Positions 35,388 to 47,889 of a stretch of DNA of 64,000 nucleotides are shown here, piece by piece (positions within the stretch are counted from its first letter, which is position 1; every line of letters starts with the position of its first letter). Made by a program: the position numbers and the translations under genes. The DNA is from Antechinus flavipes (lineage: Eukaryota): assembly GCF_016432865.1 (NCBI RefSeq), contig NC_067401.1, positions 132,618,001-132,682,000 on the forward strand, read 5' to 3'. The notes beneath the pieces were generated by a model. It searched no databases and was not told the origin of the DNA. It worked only from the letters and a program-made list of their open reading frames with translations.

Positions 35388-37200
35388 CTGGTCTCATTCA
35401 GCTCATGTTTGTCCTCAGTGCCTGCTCAAGGTAAAGGTACTGATGGCTTAATGAGAATAATAGCTCCATGAGAAAGGGGAATCTGGGCAAGATTTTGTAG
35501 ATACAGAAATAATTAGGTTTTGCAATTGATTATGTATATTGGATGGATGAGGATGAAAAGTCAAGTATGACAACCATGGTTGTACATCTGAATTTCTGGC
35601 AGGATGGTGGTAATGGGGAAGTTCAGAAGGCAAGAGGGTTTGGGGGTAAGAAAGATAATGAGTTCTGTTTTGGACATGTTGAGTTTGCAATGTGTCTGGG
35701 AGGTCCATTTTGAAATTAACTACAAATCTTCCTCTGACTATATTTTTGATATAGTCATATTTTATATAGTTTGTCCTTAAGGTATAGATGGTCAATGGAT
35801 AACATATATTATCTAACTTTTTACATATCATTCAACAAATACTATTGAATGTCTGTAATGGGCTTGCCATTATGCTGATCATCAAAAAAGGTGCTATAAT
35901 AAAAAAGTGACATTTTTTGAGTAATTTGCAAAAGTCTAACACCAATATTTATTTAATTAATGGCACTTTTGATTCATATACACTGATAGATTTGATAGAT
36001 AAGCAAAGAAAATGATTGTGCACTCTAATTTAGGTGGAAAGAATGATGGCTGGAGACAGGAGAAACTTGGATTCACATAGGTATAGTACTTACATCCCAG
36101 GGGAGTTGTGAGGATCAAATGAAATAAAATATATGCAGAGTTTTGCTAGCTTTGAAACAATGTTCAAGTACCAACTAAAATTACTATCATTTATTTAGTT
36201 TTAATACAGTAGTTCTTCTCCATTATCCAATACTGCTTGTAAGGGAGCACTCCAAGCTTTAGGACAGTTGTATCCCACATGAGTGAAGTGATTGAACAAC
36301 AACAACAAACACACACACACAAAAACACATGAATCCATGTTTCCCAACAGTGTTATTTTTGTATTTATGAGAGAACATACCCCAAATTTATGGGAGAAAT
36401 GTGTTGTTACTACTTTCCTTCTAATTCCATTTCATTATATGACTTTGTTTTGTACTAGTTGAATCCTCTGACTGACTCTTCAAGATAAATGCATCAATGG
36501 GACTAATAATATATGGTTTTAGAGGAGTGATCATAAAGTAGCCATCCACTGAAGGACCTACTTTGTCAGGTGGAGACTGTTCATAGGCACCACATAAATA
36601 GTAATATTAAATACTGCAAATTAAAGTTGCATTTACTCATATATAAAATGGCAAGTATTGTGAATCATAGTTTTTACTCAGTCATCAAGGAGAGATTCTT
36701 GTCCTTAACCAGAATACATTTTTATATATTTAGAACTAATTGATAGGATGGAAATGGTGACATTCTATTGATACTATAATTAGCACCTAGGACAGTACCT
36801 TGAACACAATAAGCTTTTAACAAATGTTTGTTGAATTTGAATGTTGTGCTAACAATCTTAGAATAGGAAATAGTCTACTTTAGTATAAACCAAGGAGAAA
36901 ATACTTTGTGAATTCAGATAAATTTGACTTACTCATCCAAGAAGGAAATATGGTAGTTATGAATGAGAGAAAAACATGATTGAGCCTCAAGAGGCTCCAA
37001 CAGATCATCACATGACATCCCTTCAGTTGGAAAATAAGGGTGTCAGCTTGGACTAAAATGCCAGAACTCTTTGATGTTGAAAAACCACAGAAGTGTTCTA
37101 AGGGCCAAAGAATTGATATGATGGGTTCTAATGGAACAATAAAAGCAGAGTAATTTTGGAATTACTGTTCATGTTGTTTCATGAGTGTCTCAGTGACAGG

Positions 37201-37295
37201 CCAATCAGAGGGTCAAAGAGAAATTGGCTTACATAAAAATAAGGAAGAGATTTCAGGTTTTATGTAAACAGTAGCTAGCCATAGAATATATAAAA
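37201..37295 (+). promoter_or_regulatory. KRTAP1-D core promoter module
   Basis: CCAATCAGAG 37201, GGAA 37243, GTAAACA 37264, AGCT 37273, TATAAAA 37289. Confidence 0.7.
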
Positions 37296-37372
37296 GGTGT
37301 AGCAAGGATGGTAAGAACAAAACTTCAGTAACTTCTCTTAGCAGTTAAACTCAAAGTTCATATCCCAACACA

Positions 37373-37807
37373 ATGGCCTGCTGCAACCCCTGCTGCAACT
37401 CCTGCTCCACCAGCTTCTGTGGTTTTCCCAGTTGTTCTACTGGGGGGACCTGTGGATCTAGCTGCTGCCAAGACAGCTGTGGGACCAGTTGCTGCCAACA
37501 AGGTGGCTGTGGGATCGGCTCCGGGACTGGCTCTGGGGCTGGCTGTGCACCTCCTTGTGAGACCACTTGCACAACTAGGTGTTACCAGCCCCCATGCTGT
37601 GGATGTGAGAGCTGCCGCACCAGGTGGTGCCGCCCAGACTGCAGAGTTGAGGGTACTTGCCTGCCACCTTGCTGCGTGGTCAGCTGCACTCCTCCATCTT
37701 GCTGCCAGCTGCATCATGCCCAGGCTTCTTGCTGCCGCCCATCCTACTGTGGACAGTCTTGCTGCCGTCCAGCCTGCTGCTGCTACTGCTGTGAGCCTAC
37801 CTGCTAA
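37373..37807 (+). CDS. KRTAP1: Keratin-associated protein, KRTAP1 family, copy D (144 aa)
   Basis: Intact ORF with KAP1 signatures; TATATAAAA at 37287-37295; CCAAT at 37201; AATAAA at 37883 and 38197. Confidence 0.95.
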   Translation: MACCNPCCNSCSTSFCGFPSCSTGGTCGSSCCQDSCGTSCCQQGGCGIGSGTGSGAGCAPPCETTCTTRCYQPPCCGCESCRTRWCRPDCRVEGTCLPPCCVVSCTPPSCCQLHHAQASCCRPSYCGQSCCRPACCCYCCEPTC

Positions 37808-40800
37808 GGACAAGGATGCTGCCTCTCAGTGTGCAGAGGACACATCTCAAAATGCTTCTTATGGAATTGACATTGGATCACTAATAAATTTGTGAAATTT
37901 GTATTTTGTGACAAGCTACCATCCTTATTTCTGCCTATTTCTTGACTGACCAATTGAGTTCCCTGATTCTCAAGAATAGTCCTAAACGTCAAATGAACCA
38001 TGGAAACTGAGGAACTGAGATTTGTCAAATACCATGGATGAGAATCTACTTGAGCAGTTTGTTAAACTCTCAAATGACTGTTCTATCATACAGCAATGAC
38101 TTGTTGGTGTGTTCCAAATTTTCCCAACATATAATATCTTTTTCTTCTTCATCTTATCAATGACATCTGTGATATAGTGTCCTCTGTTAATGGTTTAATA
38201 AATTCTATAAATTTGATAAAATACAGTTGTCTCTATTCACTAAGTAAATCACTACTTCTTGGCATTATGGTATTGTAGAAAAAGTACTGGATTTGGGGTC
38301 CAAAGAACTTGTTTTGAATGCCTTCTCCATAATTTGCTAGCAACATAAACTTGAACAAGTCAATTCAAGTTTCAGAATCTCAGTTTCTTCATCTGTTAAA
38401 TGGAAACAACCTTACTTAAACCATTTACCCAAATAAGTGACTAGCCTAGGAGCTTTGGGCCTTGCAAAAGACTAGAAATATATACAATCAGGCACCTGAT
38501 CTCTTGTCAGCACAGTGAGTCCTGATATTCACTCACTTGGCTTATGGAAAATATCTCAGAATTCCTCATCAAGTAAAAACTGTTTGCATACCTATATCTC
38601 TGTGGATTTACCACCCTGTAGACTGAGAGAATTTTGATGCTTTTCTTTCCATAAAGCTGAACTGATAATTCTTTTCAAATTTAACTAGGACAAAACAGTG
38701 TAGTAAATGGAGAACTGGACTTGGACTTCAAAAGTCCCAAAAGTCAAATCCTGCCTCAAACAATTATTAGTTATTTGGCGCGAGATAATAATGTTAATAA
38801 TAATACAAAAAGAAAGGCAGTATATACCTCTTCCTCAAGAAGATTGTTTCAGATGAAAATGTTTTGAGACAAATGGTCACTTTGTCAATGCCCAATTTTG
38901 CGCCACGTAGACAGTTTTCACCCATCATAGTCTTTGCAGACCTTACCTCCTACCAGCTTAATAGCTTTAGATCAGAGTTATGAATGTCTGGAGTTAGAAA
39001 GACCTGAGTTCAAATCCAGCTTGAGGTACATACTAGCTGTGTAATACTGAGCAAGTCACTTAACCCTGTTTGCCTTAGTTTCTTCATCTATAAAATGAGC
39101 TGGAAAAGGAAATGGTGAACCATTCCAGTACCTTTGTCAAGAAAATCCCAAATGGGGTCACAAAGAGTCAGATGTGTGATTTAAAAGACTCATCAACAAC
39201 AACAACAACAACAATATAAATGCTTTAAGAAGTCCTTCCTAACCCTTTGGATTTGTTTATCAGGTGAAATCTTGCTTGTCCTGGAATGGCCTTTAAGTAT
39301 AAAGTTCTCAAATAATAATCCAAGGACACACCTTTCTTTACCTTAAGGGTTCTTTTCCCTTAGGCCCTATTAATTCACTAGGTGTCATCTCTGCAGGGTA
39401 GGGCTCTGACAGAAAGAATAAAGAGAGTAGAGGTGGTATAAGAAGCTAAGACCAACAGAGACCTCTTTAGAATCTTACAAGATTTAATTAAGAATGGAAT
39501 GGGCTCAAAAGGTTATTGTGAGTCTTGAGGGCAAAGCCAAGGTCTAAAGAATCAGGCCAAATATAAACTGTCATGTAAGCTCTTTTAAAAGCTTCCTTCA
39601 CTGAGCTTTTGAGGCCCTTTGGCATATTTTTTTGGGGTCTCTTGTCATTGTTGGACCAAAAAAATGAAAATGAAATAAAATACTGTAAAAACAAAATATG
39701 ATTGCATTTCAAAAATTTAACAAACTCTTTTCAAGATTTTTTCTGTGTAATTGAAATAATCATGGGTGAAAAAAAATCTAGTTTTGTGTAATTATATTTC
39801 AAACCATTTGTCTCACAGTTGAATAATAACTAGCATTTATGTATGATGCTTTAAAGTTTCAAAAACCACTATTTATATGAGATTTCATTTGATTCTCACA
39901 ACAACCCTATGAGGGAAGCATTATTATTATTCCCTTTTACAGATGAGTAAACTAAACTCAGGTTTTCCTAATTCCAATTCTTTCTCCTGCTCCACTTTTA
40001 GTAGCCAATTGATGATGGTTCTTTCCCTTCTAAATTTGAGATTATTAAACCTGAAGCCTAAGCCAATGACTTTCATTGTCCCCAGTAGGGGATAGCTTGG
40101 AGTTCAGAAATCTAAACTATATTTAAGGGCCACAGATGAAAGCACGCTATGGAATGGCATCCCTGATTTTCATCAGTATCTAGTGATGGTCAAGGTTTGA
40201 AATCCAGAATATATATGATTAAGGCAGTGGGGAATAGAATTTGGATTAGGAGACAAGAAAAGAATTGTGAAAACCAGAACAGATAGGGCTGGTCTACTTA
40301 AATGCACAACCTAGGGACCAGGAGAGAGCCCAGTTCAATGGGCAGCATTCCTTCTGGCAATAAACCTTCTCCTTGGTGTGAATGAATAAAAAGAATGTGC
40401 ATAGGATCTTGGAGGTCATGTTTCTGAGATGGTTAAATCCTTTGGGGATCTCTCCCAGTTCTATCATAAGCTGTTAAATACACAGTAAGCCATTGGGTTT
40501 GGATGTTTCCTAATTAACTGTCCAATAAATAATTTCAAATATTTTAGGGGAGCAAAATGTGAATAGATTATCTGGAAGGGGGTAATAGAGTCAGTGTTCA
40601 TAGCCTAAAGTAGAGAAAATTTGTTTTTTGGGTTTTTGTTGTTTTTTTCTAATGGGTCAGTGATTCATAAAGAGAAAAAACAATCAATTGAAGGCCAGGA
40701 ACAATAAAAAGCAATTTATTTTTTTAGTAACATAACATTTTACTTTGCTTTAAAAAATCAAATGTTTTATTAGAAACATAACATTATTTTCAGTCACGTA

Positions 40801-41629
40801 TGATTCTTCATAACCTCATTTGGGGTTTTCTTGGCAAAGATATTAAAGTGGTTTGCCATTTTCTCTTCTAGCTCATTTTAGAGATGTGGAAACTGAGGCA
40901 AATGAGATTAAGTGACTTGTCCAGGCCACACAGCTAGTACATGTCTGAGGTCAAATTCAAGCCCATGAAAATAATCTTCCTTATTCCAAGTCTAGTGCCA
41001 CCTAGCTGTCCAAACATAAAATATAAAATATGGATCAACATAAAAAAGAGTTACAGGGAAAGAGGGAGGGGAAAAAAGCTTAATAGTTATAATAATAATA
41101 ATAATAAATTTATATACTACCTCATTGTCTGCAAATCTTTTTTTCTCTCAATAATCTAATGTTTTAAGATTCTCTCCATTACAGAGAAAAGGAAAATGTG
41201 AGGTAAAATTTATTATTACAAAGAACCCACATCTCCCGGCCCCAGCTTTAAACACCCCATCCAGTTATTTGCCATCTTACACTGTTGTTTACCCAAGCTG
41301 TGCTAACAGAGCCAATTATAAATGAAAGCTTCCATTTAGATTGGCATTATGACTTTCCACATGACTAGTTATTTTGAAATCCAAATTACCTTACTCCTCT
41401 TCATTACTCTTATCAATTAACAAATAAATCTTAGTGGTAGAATAGAAAGACCCCTGGCTTAGAATCAGAGGCCCTGGGTTCCACTCTTGCCTTTGAGACT
41501 CTCTAAGTGACCTTGAGGAAACTACTTAATACCCATTAATCTTAATTTATTTTTTTGTAAGAATTGAATTAGCGCTTCTGGGGTCCTGTCTAAGACTACT
41601 CTGAATAATATAGTCATAAGAGGCAACTC

Positions 41630-42075
41630 AGAGGAGAGCTAGGATAACACTGTACACAGTAAAAATAAGATTATGTGATGATCAACTGTGATGGACTTGG
41701 CTCTTTTCAACAATGAGGTGATTAAAGGCAATTCCAATGGACTTGTGATGAAAAGTGCTAATTGCATCGAGAGAGAGAATTATGGAGACCAAATATGGAT
41801 TGAAGAATAGTATTTTTGCCTTTTGATTTATTTTCTTTTTCATGGGTTTTTCGTTTTTAATCTGATTTTTCACAACATGACAAATGTTGAAATATGTTTA
41901 AAAGGATGCACATATTTAACCTATATTAGATTGCTTGCTGTCTTGGGGAGAGGAAAAGGAAAGGAAGGAAATTTGGAAGACAAAGCTTTACAAAAATGAA
42001 TGCTGAAAAATATTTTTACATGTATTTGGAAAAAAAAATTTTTGGAAAATAAATAAATTCTAAAAAAAAAAAAAA
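41630..42075 (+). mobile_element. Old marsupial L1 3' end
   Basis: GATCAACTGTGATGGACTTGGCTCTTTTCAACAATGAG...A-rich tail. Confidence 0.75.
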
Positions 42076-42607
42076 TATAGCCCACTCAGAGGAAAATTAC
42101 TCCCCAGATTGCAGAACTCATAGACACAGAAATGTTATCCTCCAGCCCTAACAATAATTAGAACAGTGTCAGATAACAAAAATCCCTGTATGTTGTTCTT
42201 CATCTTTTAGTTCTTGTACAAATCATTTTTTTCATTTATGTCCATCTAGTTCCATGGTGCTCTTTTAGAATCAACGATAATGGAGAAGCAGTCAATCAAT
42301 AAACAATTATTAAGCACCCACTATGTACAAGGCACTGTACAAAACACAGGGGATACAGAGATTTTAAAAAGTGGTCCTTATCTTCAAGAGATTTACATTT
42401 TAGTTTTCTAGAGGAAAATACTTTTGCTAATTATTAGCTAACTCCTCAAATTCATATCCAGTTTAGGAAATATGATCTTGATTTCATTTAATCTTTCAAA
42501 TGACACTTTGAAATGTTAAGAAACATTTTGAAACTTGGAAGAGACAAATATTTTCACCCATCTAAAAATTCTGAGATTATGAAATGAACTTTTACATGAG
42601 AGTTTCT

Positions 42608-42717
42608 TGTAGAGAGCCAGTACTGAAATAAGTCCATGTACAGGAAGAGCAGATTTTAAATAATACCTGGACCAGGCTCTTCCTGTACAAGAACTTATTC
42701 AATACTGGCCCTCTACA
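42608..42717. repeat. Imperfect inverted repeat, MITE-like hairpin (about 43-bp arms, 25-bp spacer)
   Basis: Arms 42608-42650 and 42676-42717 differ by 4 substitutions and 1 indel; TA dinucleotides near both ends. Confidence 0.85.
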
Positions 42718-45700
42718 GTTTCTGGTAAGAAAAACTCAGAAAAAACAAGAACCTAATAATCTTTGTGGGCCTGGGAAATCCTGATCTCAAATGATGCTTT
42801 GTGTTACCCACTGCTGATTCACTTTTTTTCCTTAAAAGAAATATCATTTTCAGGATTCTACTCTAATGATTCACTCTGGTATTGAGGCAGTCCTGTATCA
42901 TCAGAAAAGGACCATAAGATTGTAGTTTTAGAGCTCAAAGGAATTTCAAAGGTCCTCTACTGTAGTATAATTCTCTGGCTTTTTTTTTTTTTTCTTATGA
43001 GGGAAAGATCTATGATTTCACTGAAATAGGGACTTGCCAGTAAGAAAATTCTCTCTTTCAATGCTGATCAGTATCTGCTCTCTAACTTGTAATCTTCGAA
43101 AATTTACTTGGGGACACTGAGAGGTATTTATGACTTTTCTGGGGTTATTGAGGCACAAAAATGTCAGAGGAGGGATTTGAATCTGAGTCCTTCTGACTCC
43201 AAATCTAGGTCTCTAGCCATTGTACCATGTTGAAACCCAGAGAATTTAAGTGAATTGTTTAAGATTTCAACAGAAATTGAATTTGAACTCAGAAGTACTA
43301 ACATCTAATTAAGGATAGAGTTGTTATTGTAGTTCAGTTATTTTAGCTATGTCTGACTCTTTGTGACCCAATTAGAGTTTTCTTGGCAAAGATGCAGGAG
43401 TAGTTTGCCATTCCCTTCTCCAGTTCATTTTACAGATGAAGAAACTGAGAGTAGCAGGGTTAAGTGATTTGCCCAGGTTCACAAAGCTAGTAAGTGTCTG
43501 AGGTCAGATTTGAACTCAAGGAAGGTGTTTTCCAAGATGGGGTTTAGGTAACTGTAAAAAAAAAAAAAAAAAAAAAAAAAAGAAAGAAAGAAAGAAAAAG
43601 AAAAAAAAGTCAATTTTGATCTTGAATCAAGGGCCAGACCTAGAGGCCAGACAAAAAGGACCTTACTTCCTTAAGTGTTCAGAAGAGCTAGTGAAAAAAG
43701 CCTATCATCAAATCTAGAAGAAGACTAAGTTAGAAAGTATAATTGGAGAAACTGAACCTCTGATTTGACTGAACTACCTTAAGATGAGTTCACCCACTGC
43801 AGCTCATAAAGTTTGTATACATTATAAAGAAGGTTTTGCATTTGTAGCAGCTGACTATGAATATATTATATTCCAACAATTACTACAGGAAAGGAAGATG
43901 CCAGGAAGGGAGAAAGTCCATGATTCCTGCAAATTCCTCCTGGAGGAAAAACATTGGATTTCCTGGGATAGTAGAGACCAATTATTCTTAATTCCTCCAC
44001 CTTCCCTTCCCAAAATCCCCAGAAATATTTATTTATGTCCTGCCCTAGGCTTCAGTTTTCTAACTTCTCTTTATAGATGTCAAGTTATCTCTTCTAAACT
44101 CATCAGAGCCATTACTAGGGTAAAGCAACTGGAACTTTGACCCAGAGCACCAAATTTATCAATTGAAATCCTTCTGCAGAATGGAAACACTCTAATTCAT
44201 CATTCTATTAGTAAAAGTAGGAAGCCGCCAAATGGAAGATAGTAGTAATTTTACCCCACCCTATTGGACTCTACTCCTGTCTTGCCTCTATCACACATTG
44301 TTTGTGCAACATTGGACAAGTCATTAAATCTCATTGAGTTTCATTTTCTTTAAGTGAAAAATAAAATAATAGGTGATTTTCAAAGTCCTCCAGAAATTTG
44401 AATCTATGATGCCCACACACTAAAAGCCTTTATTCCCTCTAAAGGGGACACTCCAGTTACAATTTAGTACTATATTCCAGGGTCTCTTTCTCCTGTTATT
44501 TCCTTTTCATCTTTGTGGTCTTGCCCCTTGTATGGTTAGTGGTAATTGCCCCAAACACAATAATTCTTAGCTCTAAAAACTATCCAATTTCTAGCATTTC
44601 CTGTGATCTTTTCTTTTTATTATCTGTAGCCTCTTCCCTCTTTCCCTTTTTTTCCCTGGGATTCTTTCTTTACAAAAGAAAACCACATCCATTGAAGTTT
44701 ATTTGTCAATTGCCACTTAATGCATAGCACCTAAGTGATACAGTGAATAGAACACCATGCCTGGAGAAGGGACCATGAGTTCAGATAGGGCATCACTTAT
44801 TTTAAAAATATTATGATAAGAAGGGATCTAATCACAGATTTCCCCACTACCAATGGAGTTATAGGCCTGAATCAGTAAATGTTTAACAACAGGGCTTATA
44901 GAAATTCAGGATCCATTCAGCATTTAAAATTTAGGACTTAAAGAGTTAAAATTTAAAATTCAGGATTTAACTTTAATCTACATTTCTACATACAGAGAAA
45001 TCTACACAGAAGAAATGTACATTTTCTCCATCTTTCTCAAGTTCAGACAATCAAATCCCAATTCATAACATTTGATAATTTCTAAGGAGTATACAACTAT
45101 ACTGAAAATTTAATAATGGATTCTCCTGTAGGTTGGCTTCAGAACACCTACTCTATAGAGTAGAGTGTATAACACTCTATTCTCTAGTATCTTTCTTATA
45201 TTTGAGATAAGGAAGCAAAACCAAAGTGATGGGACAGAGGAGAGAGGAATGAGATTGTTGTCCTTCTGATGTTTGACTCTGTTATATTTGACAAATATTT
45301 TCTCACTATAATTACATTTGATGAAAGAAAGTATTGAGATGTTTAAAACTCAGAAAATAAGTCAATAAATTTTCACGATTTTTTAAACTAAAATCATTTT
45401 TTCCAGTCTCAGCTTTATCTTCTCTTTCTTGTTTCCAATTGTAGTGTTTGTTTAGACAAGAAATTAGGTGATGGGATGGAATTAAATGAATGAAAAAGTA
45501 TTTATTAAGCTCCTAATAAATTGACACATATGTTAAACACTATGTCAATTGAATCATTTATTTCCTTCAGTAATTTTATTTCATAGTCCTTGGGAAGACT
45601 AAAAGTTAAATGTTCTCAAGTATAAATATTATCTTTCAAGTAACAATTTTAAATGTTTTAGATAGTTATACTTATTATATTTTCTTTCTTAGATGGACAT

Positions 45701-46420
45701 TGTAAGTACATCCTGAGTTAAATGAGATGTTCACATGTGTTTTGAAATGATTCTTTGCAAAATCTTCAATAAAAATATCATGATACATCTATATCAATAA
45801 AAATCAGAATTAGCATGGCAGAGCCATATTTGTTTAAAAAAAAAAAAGCTTATTGGGGAATACAAAAGATTAAGAAACAGGTGAGGAGATCACAGCCAAA
45901 ATGCAACACAATTAGAAGGAAGAGACATTTTGAATTGTTTGTTTGTAGGTGCTTTAACTGAATCTTAAAAGAACCAATGCTATTATCTTTACAAGAATCA
46001 CCTATGGGGAAAGCCATTAATTTCTTTTCTTAGTTATGGGCCATATATGAGCACTTGCCCATCCATCAGTTAGTCATGAAGCTGATCATCATGCAGATTC
46101 TGAAATATTCTTGCATCAAGACTCTATATTCCACATATCACATAAGAAACATATTTGAATAAAATTTCTCAGTCCACTGAAAAACATCTATCTTTTGTCC
46201 TACACCAATTATCCTTACATGACTACACAACCCAAATTGGGCCAGAAAGACTCCTAGTTTTAGAATAACTTTCAGAGTTAGTTTCCAAATCAATTAGGGT
46301 TATTCCAGTTTATCTCTCATGCTACTAGTATTTCTAGTGAAGGAGGAGAGGGGAAAGAAGGGGAGAAAGAAGATGAAGAAAAAGAAGGAGGAGGAGGAGG
46401 GGGAAAAGGATGAGGAGAAG

Positions 46421-46605
46421 NNNNNNNNNNNNNNNNNNNNNNNNNNNNNNNNNNNNNNNNNNNNNNNNNNNNNNNNNNNNNNNNNNNNNNNNNNNNNNNN
46501 NNNNNNNNNNNNNNNNNNNNNNNNNNNNNNNNNNNNNNNNNNNNNNNNNNNNNNNNNNNNNNNNNNNNNNNNNNNNNNNNNNNNNNNNNNNNNNNNNNNN
46601 NNNNN
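46421..46605. other. Assembly gap (185 N) within a purine-rich simple repeat
   Basis: N run flanked by GAG/GAA/GGAA repeats. Confidence 1.
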
Positions 46606-47750
46606 AAGAAGTGAAGGAAAGAATGAAGGAAAAAATAAAGGAAGGAAAGGATATTTCATTGGGGATTTTATTGATTCAAGTAAGGAGGGAAGAAAGAAGG
46701 AAGAAACAAAAGGAAAAAAGAGTTCATATTTTAAAATGGAACCAACAAAGAATTTTTGAACAAATTAATATTAATTGATGACAAGATCATAGAAATAGAT
46801 TATATCTAGTTCTACACCCTCTTTTTACAGAGGAGATCTTAGTACCAAAGAGATTAACCCACTTGACCCAGATCATACAGTCACAACACTGGCATCACAA
46901 AATTTTCCCCCAGCCTGTTATGTTAAGAACTTCACTGAAAATTTAAAACAATACAAAACACAAACCCCTCAATTCAAGAAATAAACCCAATGGTTTCTAC
47001 TTACTGACATTTTTATTAGAGTGACAAACAGGAAGGTATCCTATATCCTGCTTCTGGGGAAAGATGGAATGATGTCTCAAACTTAAGAACAAGGAATGAC
47101 ACTGAAGGGGAGATGGTTTCAATATTGTCTCTACCACTGACTCACAGGATAAATTTATGAGCCTTTGCGTGACAGTTCTCCCCAGTTTTGATGTGGGAGG
47201 AAGGTTAGTAAAGCCTTAAAGGGCTCTTTTTAAAAAGTGACTAATAATTCCTTAATAGTTTTTGCTCTCACTGTACATAACTTCATAGAACTCATAAAAT
47301 AAGAGCTTGACCTAGAAAAGCATCATTTTTTTTTATTTTATGAAATACACCCTGTAATATTTGGTACAATTCAAATTTTGATTGTTTGGTAGGGTAGGAA
47401 ATTTTATTGAAAGAAAAGTTAATATTATCAGATATTTAGTATAGAAGTGACATTTCACAGGGAACCATTGCAACCAATCCAGAAAATTGAAAAAAAAAAA
47501 ATGCTAATGGTAATGATGATAAGAAACAATGTTTGTATAGTCTTTCAAAATTTATAAAGCATTTGCACATTCTATATAACCTCATGTAAGACTGTCTGAA
47601 GAGGGAAGGTCTTTCTCTATCTTTCTAGTTGTATTCTCTTCCCCATACAAATTACCTATATTTTGCATATGTTTGATATATTTATTTTTTGTTATATGTT
47701 TTTGTTATATTACATGTGTGGATGGATCGGTACATAGACAAATAGATGAA

Positions 47751-47754
<4 letters not shown>

Positions 47755-47799
<45 letters not shown>
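47755..47799. repeat. (TG)n microsatellite
   Basis: Direct inspection. Confidence 0.95.
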
Positions 47800-47802
<3 letters not shown>

Positions 47803-47889
47803 GAAGTAGCTATATAGTTCAATGGATAGAATGGTCGGCCTGGAAGCAGGAAAACCTAAGTTCAAATCCAGCCTAAAACATTCATTAGC

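Noticed and set aside
40000-40170. Orphan promoter-like stretch (two CCAAT boxes, TATATTTAAG, then ATG) as a relic of a lost KAP gene
   Set aside because: The ORF stops after 5 codons (MEWHP) and no Cys-rich remnant follows; such motifs arise by chance in AT-rich DNA.
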